Source of the DNA: an uncultured bacterium
GTDB taxonomy: Bacteria > Actinomycetota > Acidimicrobiia > Spongiisociales > UBA5794
Assembly (NCBI GenBank): GCA_963801165.1
Contig: CAWDDT010000013.1
Coordinates: 160,001 to 224,000 of the forward strand
Direction of reading: 5' to 3'
Length of the DNA: 64,000 bases
This document shows positions 25,522 to 36,269 of this stretch, piece by piece. The translations under genes were made by a program, and so were the position numbers. Under the pieces are notes generated by a model. The model did not search any database, was not told the DNA's origin, and worked only from the letters and a program-made list of their open reading frames with translations. How positions within the stretch are numbered: position 1 is the stretch's first letter; every line of letters starts with the position of its first letter.

Positions 25522-28500
25522 CTGCGGGGTAGGTGTCTCCTGAGGCAGGAGGTCCTGGAGAATGGAGTGGACCTGGTCAAGAGCAGCCACGACTGCTCGC
25601 CACAGTTCGTCGATGCCGTCGGCGATGCCGTCCTTGGCGGCCATCTCGACGTCGGCGGCCGCTTGCCGCGCGAACTCCGCCGTCATCTGGCCACTGGCGC
25701 CCTTGAGCCGGTGCGCGATCTTGGCAAGCGAGTCGAGGTCACGGGCGGCGACTGCCGCGTCACCATCGGCAACAAGGGCAGACACCTCGTCGAAGAAGAT
25801 GTTGATGATCTCTCCGAGAAAGGCGGGGTCGTTTCCGAACTGTGACATCAAGTCGGCTTGGTCGAATACGGGCATTTTTGCCTCCGTTTCTTGTCCATTG
25901 GTGGGTGCCACAGCAACATCATGTAGTGCCATCTGCTCGACGGCGACGAACAGCTCCTCCGGCCGGAATGGCTTTGACACGTATGCATCCATACCGCCGG
26001 CGAGACAACGGCCCTCGTCACCGGCCATGGCATGGGCGGTCAGCGCCACGATCGGGACACGACGGTCCGTCCCCTCCTCGAGCTTGCGGATCTCGGCTGT
26101 GGCACCGAACCCGTCGAGCTCGGGCATCTGGATGTCCATCAGGACGATGTCGAACTCCGAACCCAGGAAGGCGTCCACGGCCTTCCTGCCGTCCTCGACG
26201 ACGGTCACGTCGTGGCCCCTTCGCGACAGCAGCCGCACGGCGAGCTTCTGGTTGATCGGTGAATCCTCCGCGAGCAGGACCCTGAGGGTCTGTCTTCGCT
26301 CTCGCAACCAATGGCGGGTGATCATCACACCATCGTCGATACCTTCACCCGTAACGAGGTTGAGCGCATCGGCCAAACTCCCCGGCGGTAGCGGCTCGAC
26401 GAGATACGCCTTGAACCCGAGTTGCCGGTACAGGCTGGCGCTTCCGCGATTCCCAACCGCCGCCAGAACGATTGCAGGCATCTTGGTGAGCCCACTGCGA
26501 TGTAGCTCTTCCGCTGCCGCTACCGACCGACCGCTCATTGCCAGGACCACCGCGTCGAAGTGGTTCTCAGCGGTACGGGCAGCCGCGGTCTCAACGTCGG
26601 GGACGACAGTCGCCGACATCCCCCAGCGGTTGATGGTGGTTGCAATCTGCAACCCGCGTGTCTCGATGTCGGCGATAACGAGAACGTTGGCATCGCCCGA
26701 ACCGACGCGACTGGTGGGGGATATGGCATCGGCGTCGATGTACTCGAGCAGTAGCTCGAACGAGAACGTGCTGCCCTCGCCGACCACGCTAGATGCGGTC
26801 AACCGACCGCCCATCATCTCGACCAGCTCGGAGGTGATGGCCAGCCCGAGCCCGGTACCACCGTATTTCCGCGAAGTACTCGAATCGGCCTGCGAGAACG
26901 CATCGAAAATCGCTTCGAGCCTGTCTTCGGGTACTCCGATCCCGGTGTCCTGGACCTCGAATCGCACCTGGTAGTGCATGGGGTCCATCTCGCAGGCGGA
27001 TACCCGCACCGTCACCCCACCCACATGGGTGAACTTGACCGCATTCCCGAGGAGGTTGAAGAGGATCTGGCGGAGCCGCCCGGGGTCGCCGACGAAGCCG
27101 TGCGGTAGATCCGGGTCGATGTCGGCGACGAGGCTAATCCCTTGTTCCCTGGCCCGGACCGACATCGTGCCGACGGTATCGGCGACCGTGTCGCGCAGGC
27201 TGAAGGGGATCGCCTCGAGAGACAACCGCCCCGACTCGATCTTGGCCAGGTCGAGGATGTCGTTGATCAGATCCAGCAGTGAGTTTGACGCCTGGGCCAC
27301 CGTGGTCAGGTAGTCGCGCTGCTCGACTGTCAGCTCGGTCAGCAATGCCAGGTCGGTCATGCCGAGGATGGCGTTCATCGGCGTGCGGATCTCGTGGCTC
27401 ATGTTGGCGAGGAACTGCGACTTGGCGACGTTTGCGACCTCGGCCGCCTCCATGGCCGTCCTTAGCTCCTCCGCGGCTTGCTGGCGTTCGGTCACATCTC
27501 GCGACGTCACCTGGTATTCGAGCGGTGCACCGGTGGTGGCATCACGAACCAGACGGGCAGTCCCTTCGAGCCAAACGTAGTGGCCGTCGGCGTGGAGGAG
27601 ACGGTAGGTCGCTTGTGACGGCGTGTCGCCCGTTGGCATCACAAACCGGCGGTACGCCACGAGATCCTCCGAGTGGACGAGCTCGGTCGTGTCCATCTCG
27701 GCAAACTCGTCGGGGTCGTAGCCCAGCACTGTTCGTACTGCGGGCGACACGTAGGTGGTCCGACCGTACGAGCCACGTCTGGAAATGATGTCTGTTGAGT
27801 TCTCCGCAAGGAGACGGAATCGCTCTTCACTCGACCGCAGCGCATCCTCAGCCGCCCGCCGCTCGTCGATGGGACGGGCGGCAATGACGAAGACGTTTAT
27901 ATGGGGATCGTTGAGCCGGTTCGTCCCCACAGACTCAAAGTAGTGCCAGTCGCCGTTCTTGTGTCGAATCCGGTGCTGGACCGGCTTGGTCGAGGCGCCT
28001 GGTGGCGTCTCGGCGGCGGTCGTGAAGATGAGATCCACGTCTTCGGGGTGCAGCAACTCGACGATATCTCGGCCCAGGATCTCGTCAATGGTCCACCCAA
28101 GCGAGCGTTCCATCGATGGGCTGGCAAAACGCAGAATTCCTTTGCTGTCGAGCGTGATGATGAAATCGGAGGTGGCATCGAGGATCACCTGTAGGCGGGT
28201 ACGGCTCCGCTCCAGCGCCCTCTCCAATTGGGTCCGGTCGGTCACGTCTGTGGCGACGCCAACGACGTGCTCCACCAGACCATCGGCATCCCTGATCGGA
28301 CTGAGGGCCATTTGCCACAGCCGACCGAACGCGGCGATCACCCCGGTTGGCCGTAGCCCGGTGACCGCGTCGGCGTACATTCGTTTCCACTCGGGGATGG
28401 CCGCAAGGTCCTGCACCTGCATTCCCGTCAGACCACGCCCATCGAGCCCGAAAGCGGTTAGATCGCGGCCCGCCGAGAAATCGAATTGACCCGACCGGTC

Positions 28501-29055
28501 GATTGAGAAGAGCACCATCGGTGCCTCGGCAATGACATCGTCGACCGCCACGCCGGCGAGACTGGAGCGTCCGGGCTCGGGGGAGGATTGCTCGGGGGCT
28601 ATCAGCCGGGCGCAAACCTCAAAGAGGGGACGCAGAGTCTCGAGGACGCCCGCCTCCACCCCTTCGAGGACCACGACACCGAGAACCTCACCGCGACGTA
28701 CGAGCGGCACGCAGACGACATCGTCCCGCGCCTCGTCCACGACAGGCGCGCCTGCTTCAACAGCGGCCACCACCAGATCCGACTCCCCGGTATCCCACGG
28801 CATAGCCACTGCCGCGTGCGGCTGCATCGCAACCCCGTCCGCGGAGCGAGCAACAATCACCCCGACGTAGCCACCGCGGGCACCGGTGATCTCGAGCAGC
28901 GAGGCGAGGATGCCGGTGGCAACATGCTGGGGAACGGCACCGTCGAGCGCCGCCGCCTGTGCTCGCGCCACCGCTTCGGCGACCGCGAGCATTCGTTGCA
29001 GCGCAGCGGTGGGCGCGTCGAGCGCCCCGCCGGAGATCAGTTCGGGAACCGCCAT
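25519..29055 (-). CDS. Cytoplasmic hybrid sensor histidine kinase (GAF, 3xPAS, HisKA, HATPase, 2xREC, HPt)
   Basis: 'FLANMSHEIRTPMN', 'NLLGNAVKFT', 'DTGIG', 'GGTGLGL', 'LMDIQMPELDG', HPt 'AHRLKGAS'; start set at MAVPEL to avoid overlap with ftcd. Confidence 0.93.
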   Translation of the reverse strand: MAVPELISGGALDAPTAALQRMLAVAEAVARAQAAALDGAVPQHVATGILASLLEITGARGGYVGVIVARSADGVAMQPHAAVAMPWDTGESDLVVAAVEAGAPVVDEARDDVVCVPLVRRGEVLGVVVLEGVEAGVLETLRPLFEVCARLIAPEQSSPEPGRSSLAGVAVDDVIAEAPMVLFSIDRSGQFDFSAGRDLTAFGLDGRGLTGMQVQDLAAIPEWKRMYADAVTGLRPTGVIAAFGRLWQMALSPIRDADGLVEHVVGVATDVTDRTQLERALERSRTRLQVILDATSDFIITLDSKGILRFASPSMERSLGWTIDEILGRDIVELLHPEDVDLIFTTAAETPPGASTKPVQHRIRHKNGDWHYFESVGTNRLNDPHINVFVIAARPIDERRAAEDALRSSEERFRLLAENSTDIISRRGSYGRTTYVSPAVRTVLGYDPDEFAEMDTTELVHSEDLVAYRRFVMPTGDTPSQATYRLLHADGHYVWLEGTARLVRDATTGAPLEYQVTSRDVTERQQAAEELRTAMEAAEVANVAKSQFLANMSHEIRTPMNAILGMTDLALLTELTVEQRDYLTTVAQASNSLLDLINDILDLAKIESGRLSLEAIPFSLRDTVADTVGTMSVRAREQGISLVADIDPDLPHGFVGDPGRLRQILFNLLGNAVKFTHVGGVTVRVSACEMDPMHYQVRFEVQDTGIGVPEDRLEAIFDAFSQADSSTSRKYGGTGLGLAITSELVEMMGGRLTASSVVGEGSTFSFELLLEYIDADAISPTSRVGSGDANVLVIADIETRGLQIATTINRWGMSATVVPDVETAAARTAENHFDAVVLAMSGRSVAAAEELHRSGLTKMPAIVLAAVGNRGSASLYRQLGFKAYLVEPLPPGSLADALNLVTGEGIDDGVMITRHWLRERRQTLRVLLAEDSPINQKLAVRLLSRRGHDVTVVEDGRKAVDAFLGSEFDIVLMDIQMPELDGFGATAEIRKLEEGTDRRVPIVALTAHAMAGDEGRCLAGGMDAYVSKPFRPEELFVAVEQMALHDVAVAPTNGQETEAKMPVFDQADLMSQFGNDPAFLGEIINIFFDEVSALVADGDAAVAARDLDSLAKIAHRLKGASGQMTAEFARQAAADVEMAAKDGIADGIDELWRAVVAALDQVHSILQDLLPQETPTPQ

Positions 29056-29247
29056 GGTTCTAGTGTCGGCAGAATCGTCCAGGGATTGAGCGCGACGCCA
29101 CCCGTCTGCTGGGTTGCATTGCCAGCGCCCTCTGGCGACTCCAGGTGCGCCGATCGGGCGATCGCTGCATCGCCGAGCCCGGCCACAGCTGCCCGTGCCA
29201 ATGCAATGGTTAGTCTGACGGGACCCGGTGCGAGGTGAGGAGACAAC

Positions 29248-30894
29248 TTGCAGCTGATCGAATGTGTCCCCAACTTCTCGGAAGGCCGCGACCGCTCCGT
29301 AATCGATCGCATCACCGCCGAGATCATTCGGGTTCCCGGTGCGATACTTCTCGACGTCGACCCCGGCGCCGACACCAACCGGACCGTCGTCACCTTCGTA
29401 GGTGACCGGGATGCCGTCGCCGAAGCCGCCTTCCGCTCCATAGTCCGGGCCGCCGAGCTCATCGACATGCGCCACCACCATGGCGCCCACCCCCGGATGG
29501 GAGCAACCGACGTCTGCCCATTCGTCCCCGTCTCCGGGGTGACCATGGACGAATGCATCGCCCTGGCGCGCGAGGTCGGTGCCCGGGTCGGGGAACACGG
29601 TATCCCGGTGTACCTCTACGAGCACGCCGCGTTCGAGGGGCGTCGATCGCTGGCAGATGCCAGGCGTGGTCAATATGAGGGCCTTGCGGAACGCTCCGAC
29701 AGCCCCGACTACGGGCCGGCTCACAACGCGGGGGCCGGGGCTACCGCCATCGGCGCCCGGGAGTTCCTAATCGCTTACAACGTGAATCTGAACACAACTG
29801 ACCGCCGCATGGCCCACGAGATCGCCCAGGCGATCCGGGAGCTGGGAACACCACGTCGCGACGAGACCGGCCGGATCGTCAAGGACGCCGAGGACAACAC
29901 GGTGTTCATCCCGGGTCGTTTCCGGGAATGCAAGGCCGTGGGCTGGTACCTCGAGGAATACCGCCGGGCGCAGGTGTCGATCAACCTCACCGACTACAAC
30001 GTGACCTCGCTGCAGGATGTATTTGACGCCTGCCGGCGCGAAGCGGCTGCCAGGGGCATGCGGGTCACAGGGAGCGAACTCGTCGGCCTGGTCCCCAAGG
30101 CGGCCCTACTCGCCGCCGGCGACCACTACCTACGCATGCAGGGTCAAACGTCCGGGGTGTCGGAGAGGCGGCGTCTCGAGACGGCGGTTATCTCGCTCGG
30201 GCTGGACGAGCTCGGACCTTTCGACCTGGCGGAGAAGGTCATCGAGTACCGGGTAGAAACGCCCGCCCGCCTGGCCGCCCTGTCGGTCACCGACCTGTTG
30301 GACGAACTGTCCTCCGATTCTCCTGCACCCGGAGGGGGCAGTGTCGCCGCCCTGTGCGGAGCACTGTCGAGCTCGCTCACGGCGATGGTGGCGGCATTGA
30401 CCCACGCCAAGCGAGGATGGGAGCGCTCCCGCCAATCCATGGAACAGCTGGGTTGCGAAGCTCAGCAGCTCGATACCTGGTTCACTGCGGCCATCGATCG
30501 AGATACCGACGCCTTCAACAACATGCTTGCCGCACGACGGCTACAGAAGCAGTCTGCTGAGGAACAGGCGATCCGCCTCGAGTCGATCGCCGCCGCCAAC
30601 CTCGAGGCCGCGCTGGTCCCTCTCGAAGTCCTGGAGCATTCAGTCACGGCCCTCGAACTGTCGCTCCGGGTGGCGACCGCGGGCAATCCCAACTCCGTCT
30701 CCGACGCCGGCGTCGCCGCCATATGCGCCGAGGCGGCCGCCCGAGGCGCGTCGCTCAACGTGAGGATCAATCTCCCCGGTCTCGCCGAAGACGAACGCGA
30801 TCCCATCACCGAGCGTCACGACGCGGCGATGATGGCCGTGTCGCATCTCGCCGCGGAAGTGAGGACGACTGTCGAGGCGGCGATGGAAGGCTAA
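29248..30894 (+). CDS. ftcd: Bifunctional glutamate formimidoyltransferase/formiminotetrahydrofolate cyclodeaminase
   Basis: 'LIECVPNFSEGR', 'HHGAHPRMGATDVCPF', C-terminal 'PAPGGGSVAA', 'GNPNSVSDAGVA'. Confidence 0.93.
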   Translation: MQLIECVPNFSEGRDRSVIDRITAEIIRVPGAILLDVDPGADTNRTVVTFVGDRDAVAEAAFRSIVRAAELIDMRHHHGAHPRMGATDVCPFVPVSGVTMDECIALAREVGARVGEHGIPVYLYEHAAFEGRRSLADARRGQYEGLAERSDSPDYGPAHNAGAGATAIGAREFLIAYNVNLNTTDRRMAHEIAQAIRELGTPRRDETGRIVKDAEDNTVFIPGRFRECKAVGWYLEEYRRAQVSINLTDYNVTSLQDVFDACRREAAARGMRVTGSELVGLVPKAALLAAGDHYLRMQGQTSGVSERRRLETAVISLGLDELGPFDLAEKVIEYRVETPARLAALSVTDLLDELSSDSPAPGGGSVAALCGALSSSLTAMVAALTHAKRGWERSRQSMEQLGCEAQQLDTWFTAAIDRDTDAFNNMLAARRLQKQSAEEQAIRLESIAAANLEAALVPLEVLEHSVTALELSLRVATAGNPNSVSDAGVAAICAEAAARGASLNVRINLPGLAEDERDPITERHDAAMMAVSHLAAEVRTTVEAAMEG

Positions 30895-30923
30895 GCGGCA
30901 TTTGTCCCGCCATCCGCCGCGGC

Positions 30924-31322
30924 TTACTCGTGGCTGCGATCTACCGCTTCCACCGCGGCGGCGAAACCGTCCAGCTCGCTTACCGACGGCTCACCCTCCC
31001 AGACACGGACCCCGTCGAGGAGATCGTGGTACTTGGTCTTCTGGCCCTCCCTGACCACAGCGACGATCGGCGTCTCAACGGCGATGACACTCTGGTATTT
31101 CTGCAGGATGGCGCGATGCTGGGGACGCTCTAGATCGAGCTGGAACACGATCCCGTGCGCGTCGCTCACCAGCTTGCACCCATCTTTGAGGATGGGACAA
31201 AGGTGCCCCATCTCCGGGCCGTGACACACCAGAACCGGATGTCCCAGCCGTTCCAGGAAGCTCCTGTCGAACTCGCCGTCGGCGGGGGTAACGTCGAGGA
31301 TCAATCCTTCTATTTCATCCAT
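30924..31322 (-). CDS. Hypothetical protein, degenerate receiver-like fold with Cys cluster
   Basis: AGGAGG RBS; 'LERLGHPVLVCHGP...CPIL..GC.LV..A.GIV'. Confidence 0.6.
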   Translation of the reverse strand: MDEIEGLILDVTPADGEFDRSFLERLGHPVLVCHGPEMGHLCPILKDGCKLVSDAHGIVFQLDLERPQHRAILQKYQSVIAVETPIVAVVREGQKTKYHDLLDGVRVWEGEPSVSELDGFAAAVEAVDRSHE

Positions 31323-31548
31323 CGCCCACCTCCTTTGCACCAAGGTTATCCGCATTCTCCGCAACTGTGTCGGGGGCAAACGTCCCTTGCCATCACCGGG
31401 CACGCTCACGTCCGGTTGAGCTATCGGCTTCCTGTCGCCCCCTCTGCCTAACAGGACCGGCCGTAGGCAACTACGCTGCAGTTGACCAGCCGGGCGTCAT
31501 GCGGCCCACCCGGGGCCTCTGCCCGAGCCGGCGAGCCGTCACGAGGAG

Positions 31549-32553
31549 GTGGTCATGGCGGGAATCCGCTGGGGGGTGCTCAGCACCGCCAACATTGCGA
31601 TCAGACAGGTGATCCCTGCGATCCAGACGTCAGAGCGCTGCGAGGTCGTCGCCATTGCGTCGCGCAATCTGGGCCGTGCCGAGAAGGTCGCCCAGGTCAT
31701 GAACATCGAAAGGGCCTACGGGTCATACGGGCAGCTGCTTCACGACGACGCCGTCGACGCCGTCTACATTCCCTTGCCCAACCACATGCACGCCGAATGG
31801 TCGGTCGCCGCCGCCCGCGCCGGAAAACACGTCCTCTGCGAGAAGCCGATTGCGCTCACCACCGCCGAGGCAGAGAAGATGGCCGCAGCCGCCGCCGAAA
31901 CCGGGGTGATCTTGCGCGAGGCATTCATGTATCAGTTTCACCCGACCTGGCAGCGGGCCAAAGAGCTCGTCGACGCCGGCGAGATCGGTACGGTGATGGC
32001 GATCGACAGCTGGTTCTCGTTCTTCAACGACGACCCCGACAACATACGCAACGTCGTCGACTACGGCGGCGGCGCCCTCATGGACATCGGCTGCTATTGC
32101 ATCCACCTCTCCCGGCTGATCTACGGCAGCGAGCCGACCGCCATCAAAGCGACGGTGCGCAGAGACCCAGAATCGGGCGTTGATATCGCCACCGCCGGCG
32201 TGCTCGAATTCGGCGACGGGATCGCCACCTTCGGCTGCTCCACCCGCGCCGAGCCCGATCAACGCGTCGACATCTACGGCACACAGGGTCGGATCGGCAT
32301 CGAGATCCCGTTCAATATCCCCGCCGACCGCTCCACGCGGATCTCGATCACAGCCGGCGGGGACCCGCCGGTGGATCCCTCCGTTGTCACCCTCGAGTTC
32401 GAGCCGGCGAACGAGTACACACTTCAGGCCGATGCGTTCGCAGCCGCGATCCTCGACGGTGCGTCCCTGCCCGACACCGGGGCGGATGCCGTCAACAACA
32501 TCAAGGTGATCGAGCGTGTGTTTGCCGCAACCGGGCCGTCGGGATGGACCTGA
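31549..32553 (+). CDS. Gfo/Idh/MocA-family oxidoreductase
   Basis: 'RWGVLSTANIA', 'VYIPLPNHMH', 'GKHVLCEKP', 'GGGALMDIGCY'. Confidence 0.93.
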   Translation: MVMAGIRWGVLSTANIAIRQVIPAIQTSERCEVVAIASRNLGRAEKVAQVMNIERAYGSYGQLLHDDAVDAVYIPLPNHMHAEWSVAAARAGKHVLCEKPIALTTAEAEKMAAAAAETGVILREAFMYQFHPTWQRAKELVDAGEIGTVMAIDSWFSFFNDDPDNIRNVVDYGGGALMDIGCYCIHLSRLIYGSEPTAIKATVRRDPESGVDIATAGVLEFGDGIATFGCSTRAEPDQRVDIYGTQGRIGIEIPFNIPADRSTRISITAGGDPPVDPSVVTLEFEPANEYTLQADAFAAAILDGASLPDTGADAVNNIKVIERVFAATGPSGWT

Positions 32554-32600
32554 GCCTCGATCCGCGAATTGAGCTGAGCTCAACGACTGTACGATCGAAG

Positions 32601-33599
32601 ATGGACGGAGGAAAGAACAACGTGGCATCGATTCTCGGCTTCGGCGGGTACGTCCCAGCTCGTGTCATGACGAACGACGACTGGGCGGCCATTCTCGACA
32701 CCTCGGATGAGTGGATAACGACCCGTACAGGGATCAAGCAGCGCCGGTTTGCCGCAGACGATGAAGCAACCGTCGACCTGGCGGCCGCAGCCGCTGAGGT
32801 TGCGATCAAAGACGCCGGGCTCACCCCCGACGACATCGATGAGATCATCGTGGCCACCGACACCCCGGAGGCTTACACCCCCGACACCGCCTCGTTCCTC
32901 CAGCATCGGCTCGGATGCCGCGAGGTTCCGGCATACGACCTCGGCGGTAGTGGCTGCGCCGGCTTCATCCAGGCTCTCGACGTGGCCAGGGCGAGGATGC
33001 TGCTCGAACCGAAAACGATTCTGGTGGTCGGCGTCGAGCTCATCTCGCGCCTGATGAGCTGGGAGGATCGGTCTTTCTGTGTGCTGTTCGGCGACGCCGC
33101 CGGATCCATGGTGCTGGCACCCGACTCCGGCAAGGCTGAGCTCCTCCACGTGGTCGCAGGCACCGATGGCTCTCAGACCGACATCCTGACTCTCAAGACA
33201 GGAGGGACTCGCCACCCGTTCAACGCCGAGTCCCTGGCGAGCGGCGCCTACAACAGCCTCGACATGGACGGGCGCCGTGTGTTCCGGGAGGCCGTCCATC
33301 GCATGTGCGCCGCGGTCGACGACGTGCTCACCCACATCGGCGCCAAGATCGAGGACGTCTCTCTGGTGATCCCTCACCAGGCGAACAAGCGCATCATCGA
33401 CGCTGTCGGCCAGAGGCTCGGGGTTCCCGAAGATGCGGTGTATGTCAACGTGCAGGACTACGGAAACACGGGTTCGGCCACGGTGCCGTTTGCCCTCTGG
33501 GAGGCCCGTAACAAAGGGCTCATTCACCCCGGCGACCTGGTCGTACTCACCGCTTTCGGCGCCGGGTTCCATTGGGCGGCTGCCGCCATCAGGTTCTAG
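32601..33599 (+). CDS. fabH: 3-oxoacyl-ACP synthase III
   Basis: 'GCAGF' catalytic Cys, 'LFGDAAG', 'PHQANKRI', 'YGNTGSA', 'FGAGFHW'. Confidence 0.93.
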   Translation: MDGGKNNVASILGFGGYVPARVMTNDDWAAILDTSDEWITTRTGIKQRRFAADDEATVDLAAAAAEVAIKDAGLTPDDIDEIIVATDTPEAYTPDTASFLQHRLGCREVPAYDLGGSGCAGFIQALDVARARMLLEPKTILVVGVELISRLMSWEDRSFCVLFGDAAGSMVLAPDSGKAELLHVVAGTDGSQTDILTLKTGGTRHPFNAESLASGAYNSLDMDGRRVFREAVHRMCAAVDDVLTHIGAKIEDVSLVIPHQANKRIIDAVGQRLGVPEDAVYVNVQDYGNTGSATVPFALWEARNKGLIHPGDLVVLTAFGAGFHWAAAAIRF

Positions 33600-33619
33600 G
33601 AGGGTGGCGACCCGGGCCG

Positions 33620-34054
33620 CTACGATTGTGCCGCAAGCTGGGTGCGTAGCTGCCGTTTGATCCGGAAGACCATCGCCGCCATACCCCGCATCCTGAGCGG
33701 TGACACAACCTCGTCGAGACCGAGCTCGGTGTAGAAGTCGTCCTGCAGATCCAGGACCATGTCCACAGTTGCCCCCTCCAGCCCCTCGGCGAGAATGCCG
33801 GCGAATCCTCGTGTCGTCGGCGCCTCCTGGGGAGCGTCGAACCAAAGCTCGACCACCCCATCATCGGCGATGTCGACTCGCAGAAACAGCGGCGACTGGC
33901 ATTCGACGACGCGCTCGAAGCGGTCTGATCCTGCCATCCCTTCGGGTAGCGGCGGCAACCGTCGCGAGTAGTCGAGCAGCGCCTGCAGCTTCACGTTGTG
34001 GGGAACGGAGGCAAACAGGCTAACGATCTGGGCGAGTTTCTCGGGTACAGCCAT
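33620..34054 (-). CDS. sufE: SufE-family sulfur acceptor
   Basis: 'LLDYSRRLPPLP', 'VECQSP', 'EAPTTRGFAGIL', 'SPLRMRG'. Confidence 0.9.
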   Translation of the reverse strand: MAVPEKLAQIVSLFASVPHNVKLQALLDYSRRLPPLPEGMAGSDRFERVVECQSPLFLRVDIADDGVVELWFDAPQEAPTTRGFAGILAEGLEGATVDMVLDLQDDFYTELGLDEVVSPLRMRGMAAMVFRIKRQLRTQLAAQS

Positions 34055-34156
34055 CCCCCGACCATAGACTGAAACCGGAACGAGAAACAACGGATATCGT
34101 CGATGGAACGTGAACCGCCCACTAGATTTGGCCGCTGTAGCAACGAGGAGATCTAC

Positions 34157-35038
34157 ATGGCCGACGTTCCTCTGGACCCGGAGCCGAAGTTCGCCGCCTA
34201 CACACATCCGGAGGCTCTGGTGAGCACGGGTTGGCTGGCCGACCACCTCGCCGACGACGGGCTCGTCGTGGTCGAGAGCGACGAGGACATCCTCCTGTAC
34301 GAGACGGGCCACGTCCCGGGCGCCGTCAAGGTCGATTGGCATACCGAGCTCAACGACACCCTCATCCGCGACTACCTGTCCGGGGAGCAGTTCGCCGGCC
34401 TCATGTCGAGCAAGGGCATTTCGCGCGACGACACCATCGTCGTCTACGGCGACAATTCGAACTGGTGGGCGGCCTACGCCATGTGGGTCTTCAAGCTATT
34501 CGGCCACCCCGACGTCAGACTGCTCGACGGTGGGAGGCAGAAGTGGCTGGCCGAATGGCGCGAGATGTCCACCATCGTCCCCGATCGTCACCCAACCAAC
34601 TACCCCGTCGTCACCCGGGACGACAGCGAGATCCGTGCCCTGTTGCGGGACACACTAAGTCACGCCGGGGCGGGCCTCCCCCTCATAGATGTACGTTCAC
34701 CCGAGGAGTATTCGGGTGAACGTACCCACATGCCCGATTATCCCCAGGAAGGCGTGCTGCGCGGCGGCCACGTGCCCGGTGCGAGCAATGTCCCCTGGAA
34801 GCGGGCAGCCAACGACGACGGAACGTTCAAGGATCGGGACGAGCTCACCGCCATCTACGAGGACCAGCTCGGGCTGACCCCCGACAGCGATGTGATCACC
34901 TACTGCCGTATCGGCGAGAGGTCCAGCCACACGTGGTTCACGCTCACCTACCTGTTGGGCTTCCACAAGGTCCGCAACTACGACGGATCGTGGACCGAAT
35001 GGGGCAACGTGGTAGGGCTGCCCATCGAGAAACCCTGA
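34157..35038 (+). CDS. sseA: Two-domain rhodanese sulfurtransferase (SseA/CysA-like)
   Basis: 'LVSTGWL', 'GHVPGA', 'YCRIGERS', 'YDGSWTEWG'. Confidence 0.92.
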   Translation: MADVPLDPEPKFAAYTHPEALVSTGWLADHLADDGLVVVESDEDILLYETGHVPGAVKVDWHTELNDTLIRDYLSGEQFAGLMSSKGISRDDTIVVYGDNSNWWAAYAMWVFKLFGHPDVRLLDGGRQKWLAEWREMSTIVPDRHPTNYPVVTRDDSEIRALLRDTLSHAGAGLPLIDVRSPEEYSGERTHMPDYPQEGVLRGGHVPGASNVPWKRAANDDGTFKDRDELTAIYEDQLGLTPDSDVITYCRIGERSSHTWFTLTYLLGFHKVRNYDGSWTEWGNVVGLPIEKP

Positions 35039-35072
35039 CAGTCCTCACTCCGGGGCCGCTCCGCGTTACTCT

Positions 35073-35120
35073 CTTGTCACAGCCCATTCCGACTTGTCAC
35101 AGCCCATTCCGACTTGTCAC
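35073..35120. repeat. 20-bp tandem repeat x2.4 upstream of the aminotransferase
   Basis: CTTGTCACAGCCCATTCCGA x2 plus CTTGTCAC. Confidence 0.9.
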
Positions 35121-35141
35121 CGACCATCCTGAGGTAACAAC

Positions 35142-36263
35142 GTGCGAACCCCATTAGCTCCGCCGGAGGTCCTGCTCCTCGGCCCGGGACCGTCCAACCC
35201 TCCCGCGGAAGTTACGCGAGCGATGTCGGCTCCGCTCGTCAGCCACCTCGATCCCTACTTCCTCACCGTCATGGAAGAAACGATGGCGGACCTCCGCACG
35301 CTCTTCCGGACTGACAACCATCACACGATTCCGGTGTCGGCAACCGGTACCGGCGGTCTGGAGACGATCATCTTCAACCTGGTCGCCCCGGGCGACGAGG
35401 TTGTCGTCGGGATCGCCGGCCATTTCGGACAACGCCTTGTCGAGCTGGCGGAAGCCGCTGGTGCTGTGGTCAGACCGATCGAAGTGCCGTGGGGACAGAT
35501 CATCGACCCCGAGCAGATCGCCGCCGAACTCGACCGTGCGCCCGCCCGACTCGTCACCCTGGTGCACGCCGAGACGTCGACCGGAGCCGCCCAGCCGCTG
35601 GCCGAGATCGGGCGGATTGTCCGGGAGCACGACTCACTACTGGTCGTCGACGCCGTCACTTCGCTCGGAGGCATGGAAGTCGACGTCGACGGATGGATGA
35701 TCGACGCCGCCGCATCGTGCAGCCAGAAATGTATCGGAGCACCGCCGGGTCTGGGGCCGATCACCGTTGGGCCGCGCGCCATCGACGTCGTCCATCACCG
35801 GACCGCACCCATCGCCAGCTGGTATTTCGACCTGAACCGGCTGTTCCGGTACTGGGGCGAGGAAGGGAGCACCCGGTCGCGGGCGTTCCACCACACCGCC
35901 CCGGTGGCCAACATCTACGGATTCAGGGAGGCGCTCCGGCTCATCCACGCCGAGGGTCTCGCGACCCGGTTCCGGCGTCATCAGGATGCCCACGAGACGT
36001 TGGTGAACCGGCTCGACACGCTCGGTCTCGACTTGTTCACACCCCCGGAAAACCGGCTGCCCATGCTGAACGTCGTCTCCATCCCCGAGGGTGTGAACGA
36101 CCTGGCTGTGCGGCACGCGTTGCGGGAGCGTGGTATTGAGATCGGCGGCGCGTTTGGCCCACTCGCCGGGAAAGCGTGGCGAATCGGGCTGATGGGCGCA
36201 AACGCCACTCCGGCCGTCGTCGACCGGCTTGGCGTCGCCCTCGCCGGGGTTCTGGACCGCTAG
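35142..36263 (+). CDS. Class V PLP aminotransferase (alanine-glyoxylate/serine-pyruvate type)
   Basis: 'LLLGPGPS', 'VHAETSTG', 'VDAVTSLGG', PLP Lys in 'SQKCIGAPPG'. Confidence 0.92.
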   Translation: MRTPLAPPEVLLLGPGPSNPPAEVTRAMSAPLVSHLDPYFLTVMEETMADLRTLFRTDNHHTIPVSATGTGGLETIIFNLVAPGDEVVVGIAGHFGQRLVELAEAAGAVVRPIEVPWGQIIDPEQIAAELDRAPARLVTLVHAETSTGAAQPLAEIGRIVREHDSLLVVDAVTSLGGMEVDVDGWMIDAAASCSQKCIGAPPGLGPITVGPRAIDVVHHRTAPIASWYFDLNRLFRYWGEEGSTRSRAFHHTAPVANIYGFREALRLIHAEGLATRFRRHQDAHETLVNRLDTLGLDLFTPPENRLPMLNVVSIPEGVNDLAVRHALRERGIEIGGAFGPLAGKAWRIGLMGANATPAVVDRLGVALAGVLDR

Positions 36264-36269
36264 GCGCCG

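Noticed and set aside
29056-29724. N-terminal extension of the hybrid kinase (1401-aa ORF)
   Set aside because: It overlaps ftcd on the opposite strand and reads as antisense; the start was reset to 29055
35073-35120. CRISPR array
   Set aside because: Head-to-tail 20-bp repeats without unique spacers; no cas genes in the window
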